From Nitrospira sp. (GTDB lineage: Bacteria > Nitrospirota > Nitrospiria > Nitrospirales > Nitrospiraceae): a stretch of 64,000 nt of DNA. Under the pieces are notes generated by a model. The model saw only the letters and a program-made list of their open reading frames with translations. It searched no databases and was not told where the DNA came from. The stretch covers positions 1,056,001-1,120,000 of the forward strand of contig AP038806.1 in NCBI GenBank assembly GCA_047150005.1. Direction: 5' to 3'. The position numbers were made by a program, and so were the translations under genes. Below are positions 20,536-29,975 of this stretch, piece after piece; the stretch's first letter is position 1, and each line of letters starts with the position of its first letter.

Positions 20536-21318
20536 ATGCCGCACCAATTATTATTGACCGTCTCTCATCACGTTGCGCGAGTCACCCTCCATAATCCCCC
20601 GGCGAACGTGCTCAATCTTTCCGTGCTCAAGGAGATGGAGCAGGTTCTCAACGAGGTGGAGGAGGAGGAGTTCATCCGGGTCGTGATCGTGACCGGCACA
20701 GGACGCTTTTTCTGTGCCGGAGCGGATATCAATGAACTGGCTCATCTCAACACCGTGCATGGCGGTGCCGAATTTGCCGTGCGCGGCCAGGCGGTCCTCA
20801 ACCGCATCGAACGATCGGGAAAGCCGGTCCTTGCAGCCATCAACGGCACCTGCGTCGGCGGAGGGTTGGAACTCGCCTTGGCTTGTCATGTTCGGATCGC
20901 CGTCAGCGGAGCCATGATGGGGTTGCCGGAAGTCAAACTGGGCCTCATTCCCGGTTTCGGCGGGACCCAACGACTGCCGAGGGTCATCGGAGCGTCAAGA
21001 GCGGCGGAGATGATCTTGACGGGCGAGAGTATGCCCGCGGAGGAAGCGCAGCGAATCGGCCTTGTCAGCCGAGTCGTGCCGCGGCACGAGTTGATGACTC
21101 AGGCTGAAGCGATTGCGACCCTGATTTCGGTGCGGGGCAAACCCGCGATCGAAGCGGCACTGCACGCGATCAGAGGAGGGCTCGACATCCCCCTGTCCGA
21201 AGGGCTGGCCAGGGAGGCCGAATTGTTCGGCCGGTTGTGCGCCACTGACGACAAGAAAGAAGCCGTGCAGGCGTTTCTCGAAAAGCGGCAATCCAAACTT
21301 GCAGAGACAGGGGCATGA
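20536..21318 (+). CDS. Enoyl-CoA hydratase
   Basis: FCAGADI, GGGLELALAC, PEVKLGLIPGFGGTQRL. Confidence 0.9.
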   Translation: MPHQLLLTVSHHVARVTLHNPPANVLNLSVLKEMEQVLNEVEEEEFIRVVIVTGTGRFFCAGADINELAHLNTVHGGAEFAVRGQAVLNRIERSGKPVLAAINGTCVGGGLELALACHVRIAVSGAMMGLPEVKLGLIPGFGGTQRLPRVIGASRAAEMILTGESMPAEEAQRIGLVSRVVPRHELMTQAEAIATLISVRGKPAIEAALHAIRGGLDIPLSEGLAREAELFGRLCATDDKKEAVQAFLEKRQSKLAETGA

Positions 21319-22820
21319 TGTCACCAAGGCTCGCCGCGCCGCGCATGCGGAATCAAGAGAGTGGAGGCATCGGGAGGGAGCACCCGATACTCGCGGACCG
21401 TCTCGCCCGATATAGCCGCAATCTCCGATACGAAGACTTGCCTGAGGCCGTCGTGCACGAGGTGAAGCGGCGGATGTTGGACAGCCTCGGCTGCGCGCTG
21501 GGAGCCTGGAATGCGCCGCCCTGCCGGATCGCGCGTCGCATCGCAGAATCCGTCAGAGTCGCCGACGGCGCGACGCTCTGGGGCACGCCTCATAAGACGC
21601 TGCCCGATCTCGCTGCCTTCGCCAACGGCGCGCTGGTCCGGTATCTCGATTTCAACGATACATACCTCGCCAAAGAACCGGCGCACCCCTCGGACAACCT
21701 TGCAGCAATCCTTGCGACCGGCGAGGTTTCCCGTGCGTCGGGGAAGTCCGTGATTCAGGCCATCGCGGTCGCCTATGAAGTGCAATGCCGCTTCTGCGAT
21801 GCCGCGGCGCTGCGACCGCGTGGTTGGGATCACGTCACCTACGGTCCTTTCTCCTCGGCCCTCGGGGCCGCGAAGGTCATGAAACTCTCCGCCGCGCAGG
21901 CTCAGCAGGCCGTCAACCTTGCAGGCGTGGCGAACATCGCGCTCCGGCAAACGCGCGTGGGGGATCTGTCCATGTGGAAGGCCTGCGCCTTTTCCAACGC
22001 GGCACGCAATGGGGTGTTCGCCGCGACGCTCGCGCAGCGGGGCATGACGGGCCCCTCCCCGATCTTCGAAGGAGAGAAGGGCTTCATGAAACTGGTCTCG
22101 GGGCCATTGGATCTCTTCCCATTCGCGGGGGAACGGAGACAGGCACCCGCCATGGCCGGGAGCCAGTCCCCTTCGTTCAAGAGTACGTTCAAAATCTTGG
22201 ACACCTATATCAAACACTATCCGGTGGAATATCACGCGCAGACGGCGGTGGAGGCCGCGCTAGCCATCCGGGAGGATCTGCTCAAAGCAGAAGGCGACGA
22301 AGCGCTGGCTTCCATCACCGACATCGAAATCGCCAGCTATGACGTCGCAATTGAAATCATCGGGCGTGATCCGGAAAAGTGGCGTCCTCGCACGCGAGAA
22401 ACTGCCGATCACAGCTTTCCGTACTGTGTGGCGGCGGCGCTCCTGGACGGCAGGATCACCCTGCGCTCCTTCGAAACCGCGCGCCTTACCGACCCGGCGC
22501 TGCGCGAGTTGATACAAAAGGTGCGCGTCGTTCCGCAACCTGACTTCGTCGGCCGTTACCCGCAGGCCATGCCGACGCGCATCACTGTTCGGACGAAAAC
22601 GGGAACGGTTTATCTCCATGAGGTGGACTACCCCCTCGGCCATCCCAAGAACCCGATGTCCGACCGCCAAGTGGAAGATAAGTTCCGCTTGCTGGCCGGC
22701 GGCAAATTGGATCAGTCGCGCATGAGGAAGGTGATTCGGTCAGTTTGGATGCTGGAGCAGCTCAAAGACATCGGTGTCTTAATGCCCTTGCTACAGACCC
22801 CGAGAGGTGAAGGGCGATGA
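21315..22820 (+). CDS. prpD: 2-methylcitrate dehydratase (MmgE/PrpD)
   Basis: RYLDFNDTY..HPSDN, GWDHV, SMWKA, ETADHS. Confidence 0.88.
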   Translation: MMSPRLAAPRMRNQESGGIGREHPILADRLARYSRNLRYEDLPEAVVHEVKRRMLDSLGCALGAWNAPPCRIARRIAESVRVADGATLWGTPHKTLPDLAAFANGALVRYLDFNDTYLAKEPAHPSDNLAAILATGEVSRASGKSVIQAIAVAYEVQCRFCDAAALRPRGWDHVTYGPFSSALGAAKVMKLSAAQAQQAVNLAGVANIALRQTRVGDLSMWKACAFSNAARNGVFAATLAQRGMTGPSPIFEGEKGFMKLVSGPLDLFPFAGERRQAPAMAGSQSPSFKSTFKILDTYIKHYPVEYHAQTAVEAALAIREDLLKAEGDEALASITDIEIASYDVAIEIIGRDPEKWRPRTRETADHSFPYCVAAALLDGRITLRSFETARLTDPALRELIQKVRVVPQPDFVGRYPQAMPTRITVRTKTGTVYLHEVDYPLGHPKNPMSDRQVEDKFRLLAGGKLDQSRMRKVIRSVWMLEQLKDIGVLMPLLQTPRGEGR

Positions 22821-23731
22821 GCGAGACGCCACGAACCAGAAGACCGCACCGTTTCCGCGAGCTGCTTGACAAGCAGACGCTCGTCCTCCCCGGAGCGTTC
22901 AATGCCTTGACCGGCATGCAGATCGAGCGTGCTGGGTTCCACGCTCTATACGTATCGGGCGCCGGCCTGTCGGCCGCGCGAGGATTACCGGATATCGGCC
23001 TGCTCTCCTTGACGGAAGTGGTTTCTGACGCGGCCACCATTACCAAGGCCGTGGCGATTCCCGCGATCGTGGACGCGGACACCGGCTTCGGTCCTCCCCT
23101 CGCCGTGATGCGGGCCGTGAAGGAATTCGAGGAGGCCGGGTTGGCGGGGATGCAGATCGAAGATCAGGAGCTGCCCAAGAAATGTGGACATCTGCCGGGA
23201 AAGCGGCTGGTCTCGACAAGCGACATGGTGAGCAAGATCTGCGCGGCGAGCGACGCCAGGCAGGATCCGGAGTTTTTCCTCATCGCTCGTACAGATGCGC
23301 GCGCCGTCGAAGGAATGGAAGCGGCCGTGCGACGCGCGCGAGCCTACATCGACGCCGGTGCGGACGCGATCTTCCCCGAAGCCCTCGAGTCGGCGGACGA
23401 GTTCCGCGCCTTTGCCCGACAGTTCGCCAAGGAAGGCGGGAAGGCTCCGCTGGTCGCTAACATGACGGAATTCGGCAAGACTCCCTATTTGAGCGTCGGC
23501 GAATTTGAAGATCTCGGTTATCGTCTGGTCCTGTTCCCCGTCACCGCCTTGCGGATGGCCACAAAGGCCATTGATCAGATGCTGTCGGAACTGAGAACCC
23601 GTGGTTCGCAGCGCGACCTGTTGGAGCGGATGCATACCAGAAAACAGCTCTACGACCTACTACGGTACGCGGAGTACGAGCAACGGGATCGACATTTTCA
23701 TTCGACGGAAGACGACCATGCGAATCGCTGA
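22817..23731 (+). CDS. prpB: Methylisocitrate lyase
   Basis: DADTGFG, KKCGH, ARTDA, ANMTEFGKTP. Confidence 0.9.
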   Translation: MSETPRTRRPHRFRELLDKQTLVLPGAFNALTGMQIERAGFHALYVSGAGLSAARGLPDIGLLSLTEVVSDAATITKAVAIPAIVDADTGFGPPLAVMRAVKEFEEAGLAGMQIEDQELPKKCGHLPGKRLVSTSDMVSKICAASDARQDPEFFLIARTDARAVEGMEAAVRRARAYIDAGADAIFPEALESADEFRAFARQFAKEGGKAPLVANMTEFGKTPYLSVGEFEDLGYRLVLFPVTALRMATKAIDQMLSELRTRGSQRDLLERMHTRKQLYDLLRYAEYEQRDRHFHSTEDDHANR

Positions 23732-24875
23732 GACCACCAACACTCCTGGATACAGCCCGGGGCTCGACGGAGTCCTTGCCGGTGAAACGGCCCTTTGTCA
23801 TGTCGATGAAGGTGATGGAGGCCTGAGGTACCGCGGGTATGAGGTCAGCGAGTTGGCGGATAAGGCGACCTTCGAGGAGGTGGCCTATCTGCTGCTGTGC
23901 GGCAAACTGCCGACCAGGAAGGAGTTGAAGGATTTCGAGGAGCGGCTCGCGGCACAGGCCATGCTCCCCGCTCCCGTCGAAGCGTTCCTGAGTACGGTTC
24001 CTCCCTCTGCACACCCCATGGACACTCTGAGGACGAGCGTTTCTTTGCTGGGGATGATCGACGCGGATGCCGAGGATCATTCCCATGAGGCGAATCTCCA
24101 AAGGTCGATCCGTCTGCTGGCGCACATCCCTCTCATCATCTCGACCGCGCATCGGTTCGTGGACGCGCCCCCCCATAGGGAGCCGCGGCCGGATGTGAGC
24201 TTCGCCGGGAATCTGCTCTTCCTCTTGACCGGCCGGAGAGGAGGCGACGAAGGGCGCCTCATGGCACGCGTGCTCGACGTATCCCTCACGCTCTATGCCG
24301 AGCATGAATTCAATGCCTCTACGTTCGCGGCCCGCGTGACCGCATCGACCATGACGGACCTCTACTCGGCCGTCACGTCGGCGATCGGCACGCTCAAGGG
24401 ACCGCTTCACGGAGGGGCGAATGAGGCCGTCGCGGAGATGTTCCTTGAGATTCAGAGCCCCGACAGAGCGGAGCGATGGGTCCGGGAGCGGTTGGCCGGC
24501 AAGCACCGGATCATGGGCTTCGGCCATCGCGTCCTCAAGAAGGGCGATTCGCGCTCGGCGATCATTCAGCGGCACGCCGAGCGGTTGAGCCGGACCTGCG
24601 ACGACCGCCGATGGTATGAAATCGCCACGACCGTCGAGCGCATCATGCAGCAGGAGAAAGGGCTCTATCCGAACCTCGATTTCTATACGGCGGTGGCCTA
24701 CCTCCTGATGGACATTCCTCGCCGGCTCTACACGCCGGTCTTCGTCTGCTCTCGGATCACCGGGTGGTGTGCCCACGTGATCGAACAGCAGGATCATAAC
24801 CGGCTGATCCGTCCGCGGGCCCTCTATACGGGACCGGCGAAAGAGGCCTATGTCGACATCGATCACCGTCGCTGA
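23718..24875 (+). CDS. prpC: 2-methylcitrate/citrate synthase
   Basis: AEHEFNAST, GPLHGGANE, GFGHRV, PNLDFY; follows prpD-prpB. Confidence 0.82.
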   Translation: MRIAETTNTPGYSPGLDGVLAGETALCHVDEGDGGLRYRGYEVSELADKATFEEVAYLLLCGKLPTRKELKDFEERLAAQAMLPAPVEAFLSTVPPSAHPMDTLRTSVSLLGMIDADAEDHSHEANLQRSIRLLAHIPLIISTAHRFVDAPPHREPRPDVSFAGNLLFLLTGRRGGDEGRLMARVLDVSLTLYAEHEFNASTFAARVTASTMTDLYSAVTSAIGTLKGPLHGGANEAVAEMFLEIQSPDRAERWVRERLAGKHRIMGFGHRVLKKGDSRSAIIQRHAERLSRTCDDRRWYEIATTVERIMQQEKGLYPNLDFYTAVAYLLMDIPRRLYTPVFVCSRITGWCAHVIEQQDHNRLIRPRALYTGPAKEAYVDIDHRR

Positions 24876-26571
24876 AGAGATTGCCGCGGCGCGGCAGATG
24901 GGTGACGGCTCCCCTCCCCTGCCGTGGAGCTCGTTCGCGGATTTCTTCCGATCGCGGGTCTATGATCGGGATCTGCTCAACCGACCGTTCCTGACCTATT
25001 ACGACGACGACCGGCAGCTCCACTGCACGTACAGCTACGCCGAATTCGGCACCATCGTCCAGCGCGCCGCTTCGTTTCTCCACGACCGGATCGGGCTTCG
25101 GCGCGGGGACCGGTTGGCGACGATCCTCTTCAACCATGACGTCACCGTGGTGCTGTACTTTGCCGCGTGGGCAGCAGGCATCACGGTCGTGCCGATCAAC
25201 GTCGACGAGCCTCCCAATAAGAAGCGGTTCATCCTGGAGCATTCGGAGGCTTCGGCCGTTTGCTGTTGGCACACGCTTGTCACAGAAATACGAGAGCTGC
25301 AGAAAGACCTACGGACCCTGCGGCACGTGATTCCGCTGAACGACGATGGCATTCGAGATGATGCCGGGCGTGGAGCCGGAGGCTTCAAGGACGCGACCCC
25401 GGCTGCCTTTCGCCTCGCGCCTCACTCCTCCAGTTTGAGCGATGAAGCCCTCATCGTCTATACGTCCGGGACCACGGGACCGCCCAAGGGGGTGGTCCTT
25501 ACCGTGCAGAATCTCCTGACCGACGCCGATGCCATCGCCGACTGGCATCGCTTCGACGGGAACGATCGCTTCATGTGCGTGCTCCCCATCCATCATGTGA
25601 ACGGCATGGTCGTCACGCTCCTCACTCCTTTCTACTGCAAAGGAAGCGTCGTCCTGAATCGCAAATTCAAGAGTATGACCTTCTGGCGGAGACTGCATGA
25701 GGACGGGATCACCTGTGTCAGCGTCGTGCCCACCCTCCTCGAGTTTTTGTTGGACGCCAATGAAGACCTGACTCCCTACCGGCTGGAACGGTTTCGCGGC
25801 TTCATCTGCGGCGCCGGACCGTTATTGAAGGATACCGCTGTTCACTTCGAGGAGCGGTTCCGTTTTCCGATCCGCCACGGCTACGGCCTATCGGAAACGA
25901 CCTGTTACTCGTGCTTCCTGCCGAACGATCTGTCGCCCGAAGAACATCGTCACTGGTTGAGCGCCTATGAGTTTCCCTCAATCGGGGTGCCGCTGCGACA
26001 CAACATGATGGCGATTCTCGACGAACAGGGACGGTCTCTGCCGGAGCGGGCGAAAGGAGAAATCTGCATCCGCGGCGGAACCGTCTGCGGCGGCTACTAC
26101 AAACGGGACGATGCCAACGAGGCGGCGTTTCGATGGGGCTGGTTCCGTTCCGGGGACGAGGGCTTCTTTCACCGAGACAAGAAGGGACGACCGTTTTTCT
26201 TCATTTCAGGCCGGCTGAAAGAATTGATCATTCGAGGCGGCATCAACATCTCACCGCTGGAGATCGACGATGTGTTGAAGCGTCATCCGCTTGTCCAGTT
26301 CGCTATGGCCGTTCCGTTCGAACATCGCTACTATGGAGAGGAGATCGCCGCCTACGTGGTCCCGCGAGAAGGGCCCTCTCAGCCTGACGAGAAAGATTTG
26401 CAGGAGCATTGCCGCCGATCGCTTCCGTTTTCCAAATGTCCCAAAGTCTTCATTTTTGGCCGTGACCTTCCCTACACCTCGACCGGGAAACCCAAGCGTC
26501 TGGAGTTGAAAAGCCGCCTCGCGTCCTCATTGGCCGCATACCGAGAGCATCAATTTACGGAGAATGGCTGA
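24850..26571 (+). CDS. AMP-dependent acyl-CoA synthetase/ligase
   Basis: YTSGTTGPPKG, GYGLSET, SGD, GRLKELIIRGG, TGKP. Confidence 0.9.
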   Translation: MSTSITVAEEIAAARQMGDGSPPLPWSSFADFFRSRVYDRDLLNRPFLTYYDDDRQLHCTYSYAEFGTIVQRAASFLHDRIGLRRGDRLATILFNHDVTVVLYFAAWAAGITVVPINVDEPPNKKRFILEHSEASAVCCWHTLVTEIRELQKDLRTLRHVIPLNDDGIRDDAGRGAGGFKDATPAAFRLAPHSSSLSDEALIVYTSGTTGPPKGVVLTVQNLLTDADAIADWHRFDGNDRFMCVLPIHHVNGMVVTLLTPFYCKGSVVLNRKFKSMTFWRRLHEDGITCVSVVPTLLEFLLDANEDLTPYRLERFRGFICGAGPLLKDTAVHFEERFRFPIRHGYGLSETTCYSCFLPNDLSPEEHRHWLSAYEFPSIGVPLRHNMMAILDEQGRSLPERAKGEICIRGGTVCGGYYKRDDANEAAFRWGWFRSGDEGFFHRDKKGRPFFFISGRLKELIIRGGINISPLEIDDVLKRHPLVQFAMAVPFEHRYYGEEIAAYVVPREGPSQPDEKDLQEHCRRSLPFSKCPKVFIFGRDLPYTSTGKPKRLELKSRLASSLAAYREHQFTENG

Positions 26572-26742
26572 AAAACCCTTTCGCACCTCCAAGAACATGC
26601 TTCAGGGGTAGCCCGAAAGACGCTGTTGGCGTTCTATTCGTCTCCCTCACCCAACCTGGGCGGCACCGTGCAGAAATTCGGCAACCAGGGATTCGGCAAT
26701 TGGAACGATGGCACCCTAATCAGTTTAATCCTATTGACCCAA

Positions 26743-28269
26743 TCAACCCGCTTTGACGCGGACCAATACGGCCTCGCCAGTTCGTGCGACTAACTGGCCT
26801 CGGGACAGTAGGTACCGAGTGAAGTCCTCCGACAGCCCATAACCCCACACATAATCGTATTTCGAGAAAAGCGCCGACCATTTGACTCGCTCGAGCGGGG
26901 TTCCTTGCTCAATCCAGGCATAGTCGTTGTCCCAGTTTTCCTCGTCAAGCCGGGGTCCCCGATGGGGTTGAATGTCATTGGTTTGAAAGGAGCGGCGCAA
27001 TCGTACAGGGTGGACCCCATTTTGTGCGTAAATGGTCGGCACGAACGCATGCCGGTAGATCGTGGCATAGTGGGATACAAAATAGAAAGGGGCTGTGCGG
27101 AACCACGAGTTCCACCCGGGTTCATACATCAGCATGGAATAGACCTTGGCCCCATCGGGAAGCAAATCAAGCGCATGCACCTGGGATTCAATGGCAGTAC
27201 TGGCGCCAGCCCAAACCTTCCATACCGTGGCCACCCGTCCGACCGATAACGTCAACAAGGCGATAATCATGTATCGGCCTATTGTCTTGGAGGCGTCGAT
27301 ATGTATCGCCAAAACAAACATGATGACAGCGGGAATGATAAACCGGCGATCGACGTAGCTTGTGAGGGCGGCGCTCGTGGGGAATATCAAGTAGAGGAAC
27401 ACGAACACGGAGGCGGCCAGGAGCAGTTCCTTGCTGGCCAATCGGCCTACTCGACTTACCAGCAGTACCAGGATGACTCCACAGAAGACCGCGCTCAGCA
27501 CGAGGTCGATCCAAGGGTCATGGGTCAGAAAGGGGTAGAGGATGAAACCGGCCAATTTCTTCATGATCAGAGGCGGCGGCCCCCATTCCATCCGCCCGCG
27601 ATGTTGGAGCCCTACGCTGTAAATGAGATACATGACGAGCGGGGGCACGAGCGGCACAAGACCTAGGAACTGTGGAGGGAGGAAGCGTCGAGTTTGCGTG
27701 AGATCAAGGACCGTCACGCAGGCAATACCAACAGCCAGGAAGACGAATGAGGAGAGATGTGAGAAATAACAGAGCAGGGCAAAGAAGCTCACAAGCAACA
27801 GGCGGCCGACAGTCCAATTTGGGCGCATCCGCAACCACAGCGCGAGGGTAATCAAGAACATCCCGAGACCGAATATGTAGTTTACGAACCCATAGGCGAA
27901 CGCGTAGTTGTACGTGAAGAAACTCGCCGCCAGCGCGCTCCAATGGGGACGCGCATGTACAGTTGCGCCAAGGACGTGTATGCCCACATTGAACAACACG
28001 ACCATGAGAGAGAGGAACACTTTACTCGCGGTTTCAATGTCGAACACGTTCAGCAGCGGGGGAACGATGCGGTCCATAGCGAGATTCGGGAGGGGACGCC
28101 AGTCCAACTCATAGACGGCTCGATAGGATTCGTTCTCCGCATACTGATGGAGAATCTGGGTTCTGGCGAGATGATTTGGGTAGTCGTGTAATGGCGGATA
28201 GGTCGTAAACCAGATCGGACAGAGTTGGACAATGAGGAGAAATGCGTAAGCCGTATAGTACAGTCGCAT
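26743..28269 (-). CDS. Polytopic membrane protein (GT-C glycosyltransferase-like); start uncertain
   Basis: Many hydrophobic segments; PPLHDYPNHLAR in the first loop; visibly more AT-rich than the flanks. Confidence 0.55.
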   Translation of the reverse strand: MRLYYTAYAFLLIVQLCPIWFTTYPPLHDYPNHLARTQILHQYAENESYRAVYELDWRPLPNLAMDRIVPPLLNVFDIETASKVFLSLMVVLFNVGIHVLGATVHARPHWSALAASFFTYNYAFAYGFVNYIFGLGMFLITLALWLRMRPNWTVGRLLLVSFFALLCYFSHLSSFVFLAVGIACVTVLDLTQTRRFLPPQFLGLVPLVPPLVMYLIYSVGLQHRGRMEWGPPPLIMKKLAGFILYPFLTHDPWIDLVLSAVFCGVILVLLVSRVGRLASKELLLAASVFVFLYLIFPTSAALTSYVDRRFIIPAVIMFVLAIHIDASKTIGRYMIIALLTLSVGRVATVWKVWAGASTAIESQVHALDLLPDGAKVYSMLMYEPGWNSWFRTAPFYFVSHYATIYRHAFVPTIYAQNGVHPVRLRRSFQTNDIQPHRGPRLDEENWDNDYAWIEQGTPLERVKWSALFSKYDYVWGYGLSEDFTRYLLSRGQLVARTGEAVLVRVKAG

Positions 28270-28461
28270 TTTGCCCAAATCAGCTAGACTCATGATGATA
28301 CTCACAGTTCTGTACGCTCCCAATGACCGCCTTACCACCATCCGACACATTGAGATACCGCACCGAGATGCGTTGATGTCCGCAGTTCTTGGGGTCGTTG
28401 ATAGTGGGCTTCATAGCCCAACGGTTATTCATTCACAAAGAAGCCTCAGTCATTTCCCTTT

Positions 28462-28564
28462 CGAGATCGTGGCGCCGGCGGCCCATGCGCCGAACGTCTT
28501 GAATCCAGGGGAGAAAAAGTGGTGGTCCCAACGGGATTTGAACCCGTGTCTGAGCCTTGAGAGG
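28462..28564. repeat. Left att: copy of tRNA-Glu 3' half (28520-28564) plus 58 bp matching the integrase 3' end
   Basis: Direct repeat of 44163-44265; 1 mismatch in the 45-bp tRNA part, 6 in the 58-bp extension. Confidence 0.93.
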
Positions 28565-28613
28565 ACGGACGAACCTGAGGAAAAACCAGCGGATGATCCT
28601 GAGGGGTCGTCCG

Positions 28614-29099
28614 ATGAGTAACACCGACTTACAACGAGTTATAGCAGGCGTGTCCGATATAGGACAAGGCCCGATTCGTCGTCCTCTCCCCGCCCGTCGT
28701 CTGCACAGTACGCAGAAGGTCCGGATCGCCGGCCAACGCACGCTCTACATCTCCGTCCATGACGACGATCGCCCCGCGGAGGTCTTCCTTCGTGTCAAAG
28801 GTCCCGACTGCTCCGCAGAGCTGATCGGCCTCTACGATGTCATCGCCCGCCTGATGAGCATCGCGCTCCAGTACGGTGCTCCCCTTGAACAGCTCGGCGA
28901 TCTCCTCTCAGGCGCCCAATTTGCCCCGGGCGGGCCGGTGTCCGGACATGATCGCCTGAAGTTCTGCACCAGCTTGCCGGATCTGATCGGCCGGCATCTG
29001 CTGGTCGAGTACTGCGGCGAACGAAATGAGCCCTGTTTCAGACGATCTCTTGACCGAGATGATTTCGGGCCCGAGCGGTTAACAAAAGCTAACATCTGA
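28614..29099 (+). CDS. Stand-alone TSCPD-like domain (class II RNR C-terminal-like)
   Basis: RPLPARR...PAEVFL...SIALQYGAPLE...F.P.G.V...CTSLPDLIGR; GAGGGG RBS. Confidence 0.75.
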   Translation: MSNTDLQRVIAGVSDIGQGPIRRPLPARRLHSTQKVRIAGQRTLYISVHDDDRPAEVFLRVKGPDCSAELIGLYDVIARLMSIALQYGAPLEQLGDLLSGAQFAPGGPVSGHDRLKFCTSLPDLIGRHLLVEYCGERNEPCFRRSLDRDDFGPERLTKANI

Positions 29100-29100
29100 A

Positions 29101-29532
29101 ATGGTCCAATTGACAAGCGACGCCCTGGCCTTCGATATCCGGGAACTTGTTCGACAGAAGCTTCTCTGCCGCTGGTCACGATTCGAATGGGTCTGGAAGA
29201 AAGGAAGATCCAGGACGGAGAGAAGCGTCAACGTTACCGTCTTGGAAGACCTGCTCGAGGTAGTGCCGCTCCCTGCGTCCCGTGACTGGCGGCAGTCCAT
29301 CAGGCTGACGTACTCGACCGGCCATCAAGGGAGCCGCCGGCCGTGGTTCCTATGTCCTTCGTGTTCGAGGCGAGCCGCCATCCTCTACTATCAGGTGGAG
29401 GGCTCCTTGAGCTGCCGGATCTGCGCTCATCTGGTCTACCAGTCTCAGTATGCGACACGCGATCGGAGTTACGGGCGCCGGCATTCGTGTCTCTCTCCGG
29501 CCAGAATCCGGGCGTCCCAAAGAGAGCCCTGA
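29101..29532 (+). CDS. Hypothetical protein with CxxC...CxxC zinc finger
   Basis: RPWFLCPSC...CRICAHLVYQSQ. Confidence 0.6.
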   Translation: MVQLTSDALAFDIRELVRQKLLCRWSRFEWVWKKGRSRTERSVNVTVLEDLLEVVPLPASRDWRQSIRLTYSTGHQGSRRPWFLCPSCSRRAAILYYQVEGSLSCRICAHLVYQSQYATRDRSYGRRHSCLSPARIRASQREP

Positions 29533-29606
29533 GGGCTGCGGTCCCGTGCATCCCCTTTCAGACGACGTGGCGTACTGACTCAAGCCGCGCCCTTCGTCCT
29601 TCGCCG

Positions 29607-29810
29607 CTAGTTTCGCACATCCGAATCCGTGAGGAGGCCAAGGACGGCGGTCCGGAGCAAGCGAAACCGTCGAACCTTGAGCCGCCGGCTACCCGGATGT
29701 GGCATCGCTTTGATGAGCCCTAGCCGGCGATAGTTGTGAATGGTGCTGGTCGAGACGCCAAGCGTAGACGCGGCTTCCTTGACGCTGATGAATAGCGCGG
29801 GGTCGTGCAT
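29607..29810 (-). CDS. Small HTH (excisionase-like) protein
   Basis: ISVKEAASTLGVSTSTIHNYRRLGLI; AGGAGGAG RBS. Confidence 0.7.
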   Translation of the reverse strand: MHDPALFISVKEAASTLGVSTSTIHNYRRLGLIKAMPHPGSRRLKVRRFRLLRTAVLGLLTDSDVRN

Positions 29811-29975
29811 CTCACTCCTCCTGATCAATAGGTGCACCTGCTGGCTCGGGGCGCGGCCAGCCAATCCAGATCTCTTCTGGAGGTGGATAGGTGCGTGCGG
29901 GGGGACGTGGCGGTCCGGGAGCGTTCGAGGGGGAGCTGCTGGTGTTAGGTTCGGTCATACCTGACCATTTCGGGC

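Noticed and set aside
28520..28564. Second functional tRNA-Glu gene
   Set aside because: Only the 3' 45 nt are present; it is the att copy
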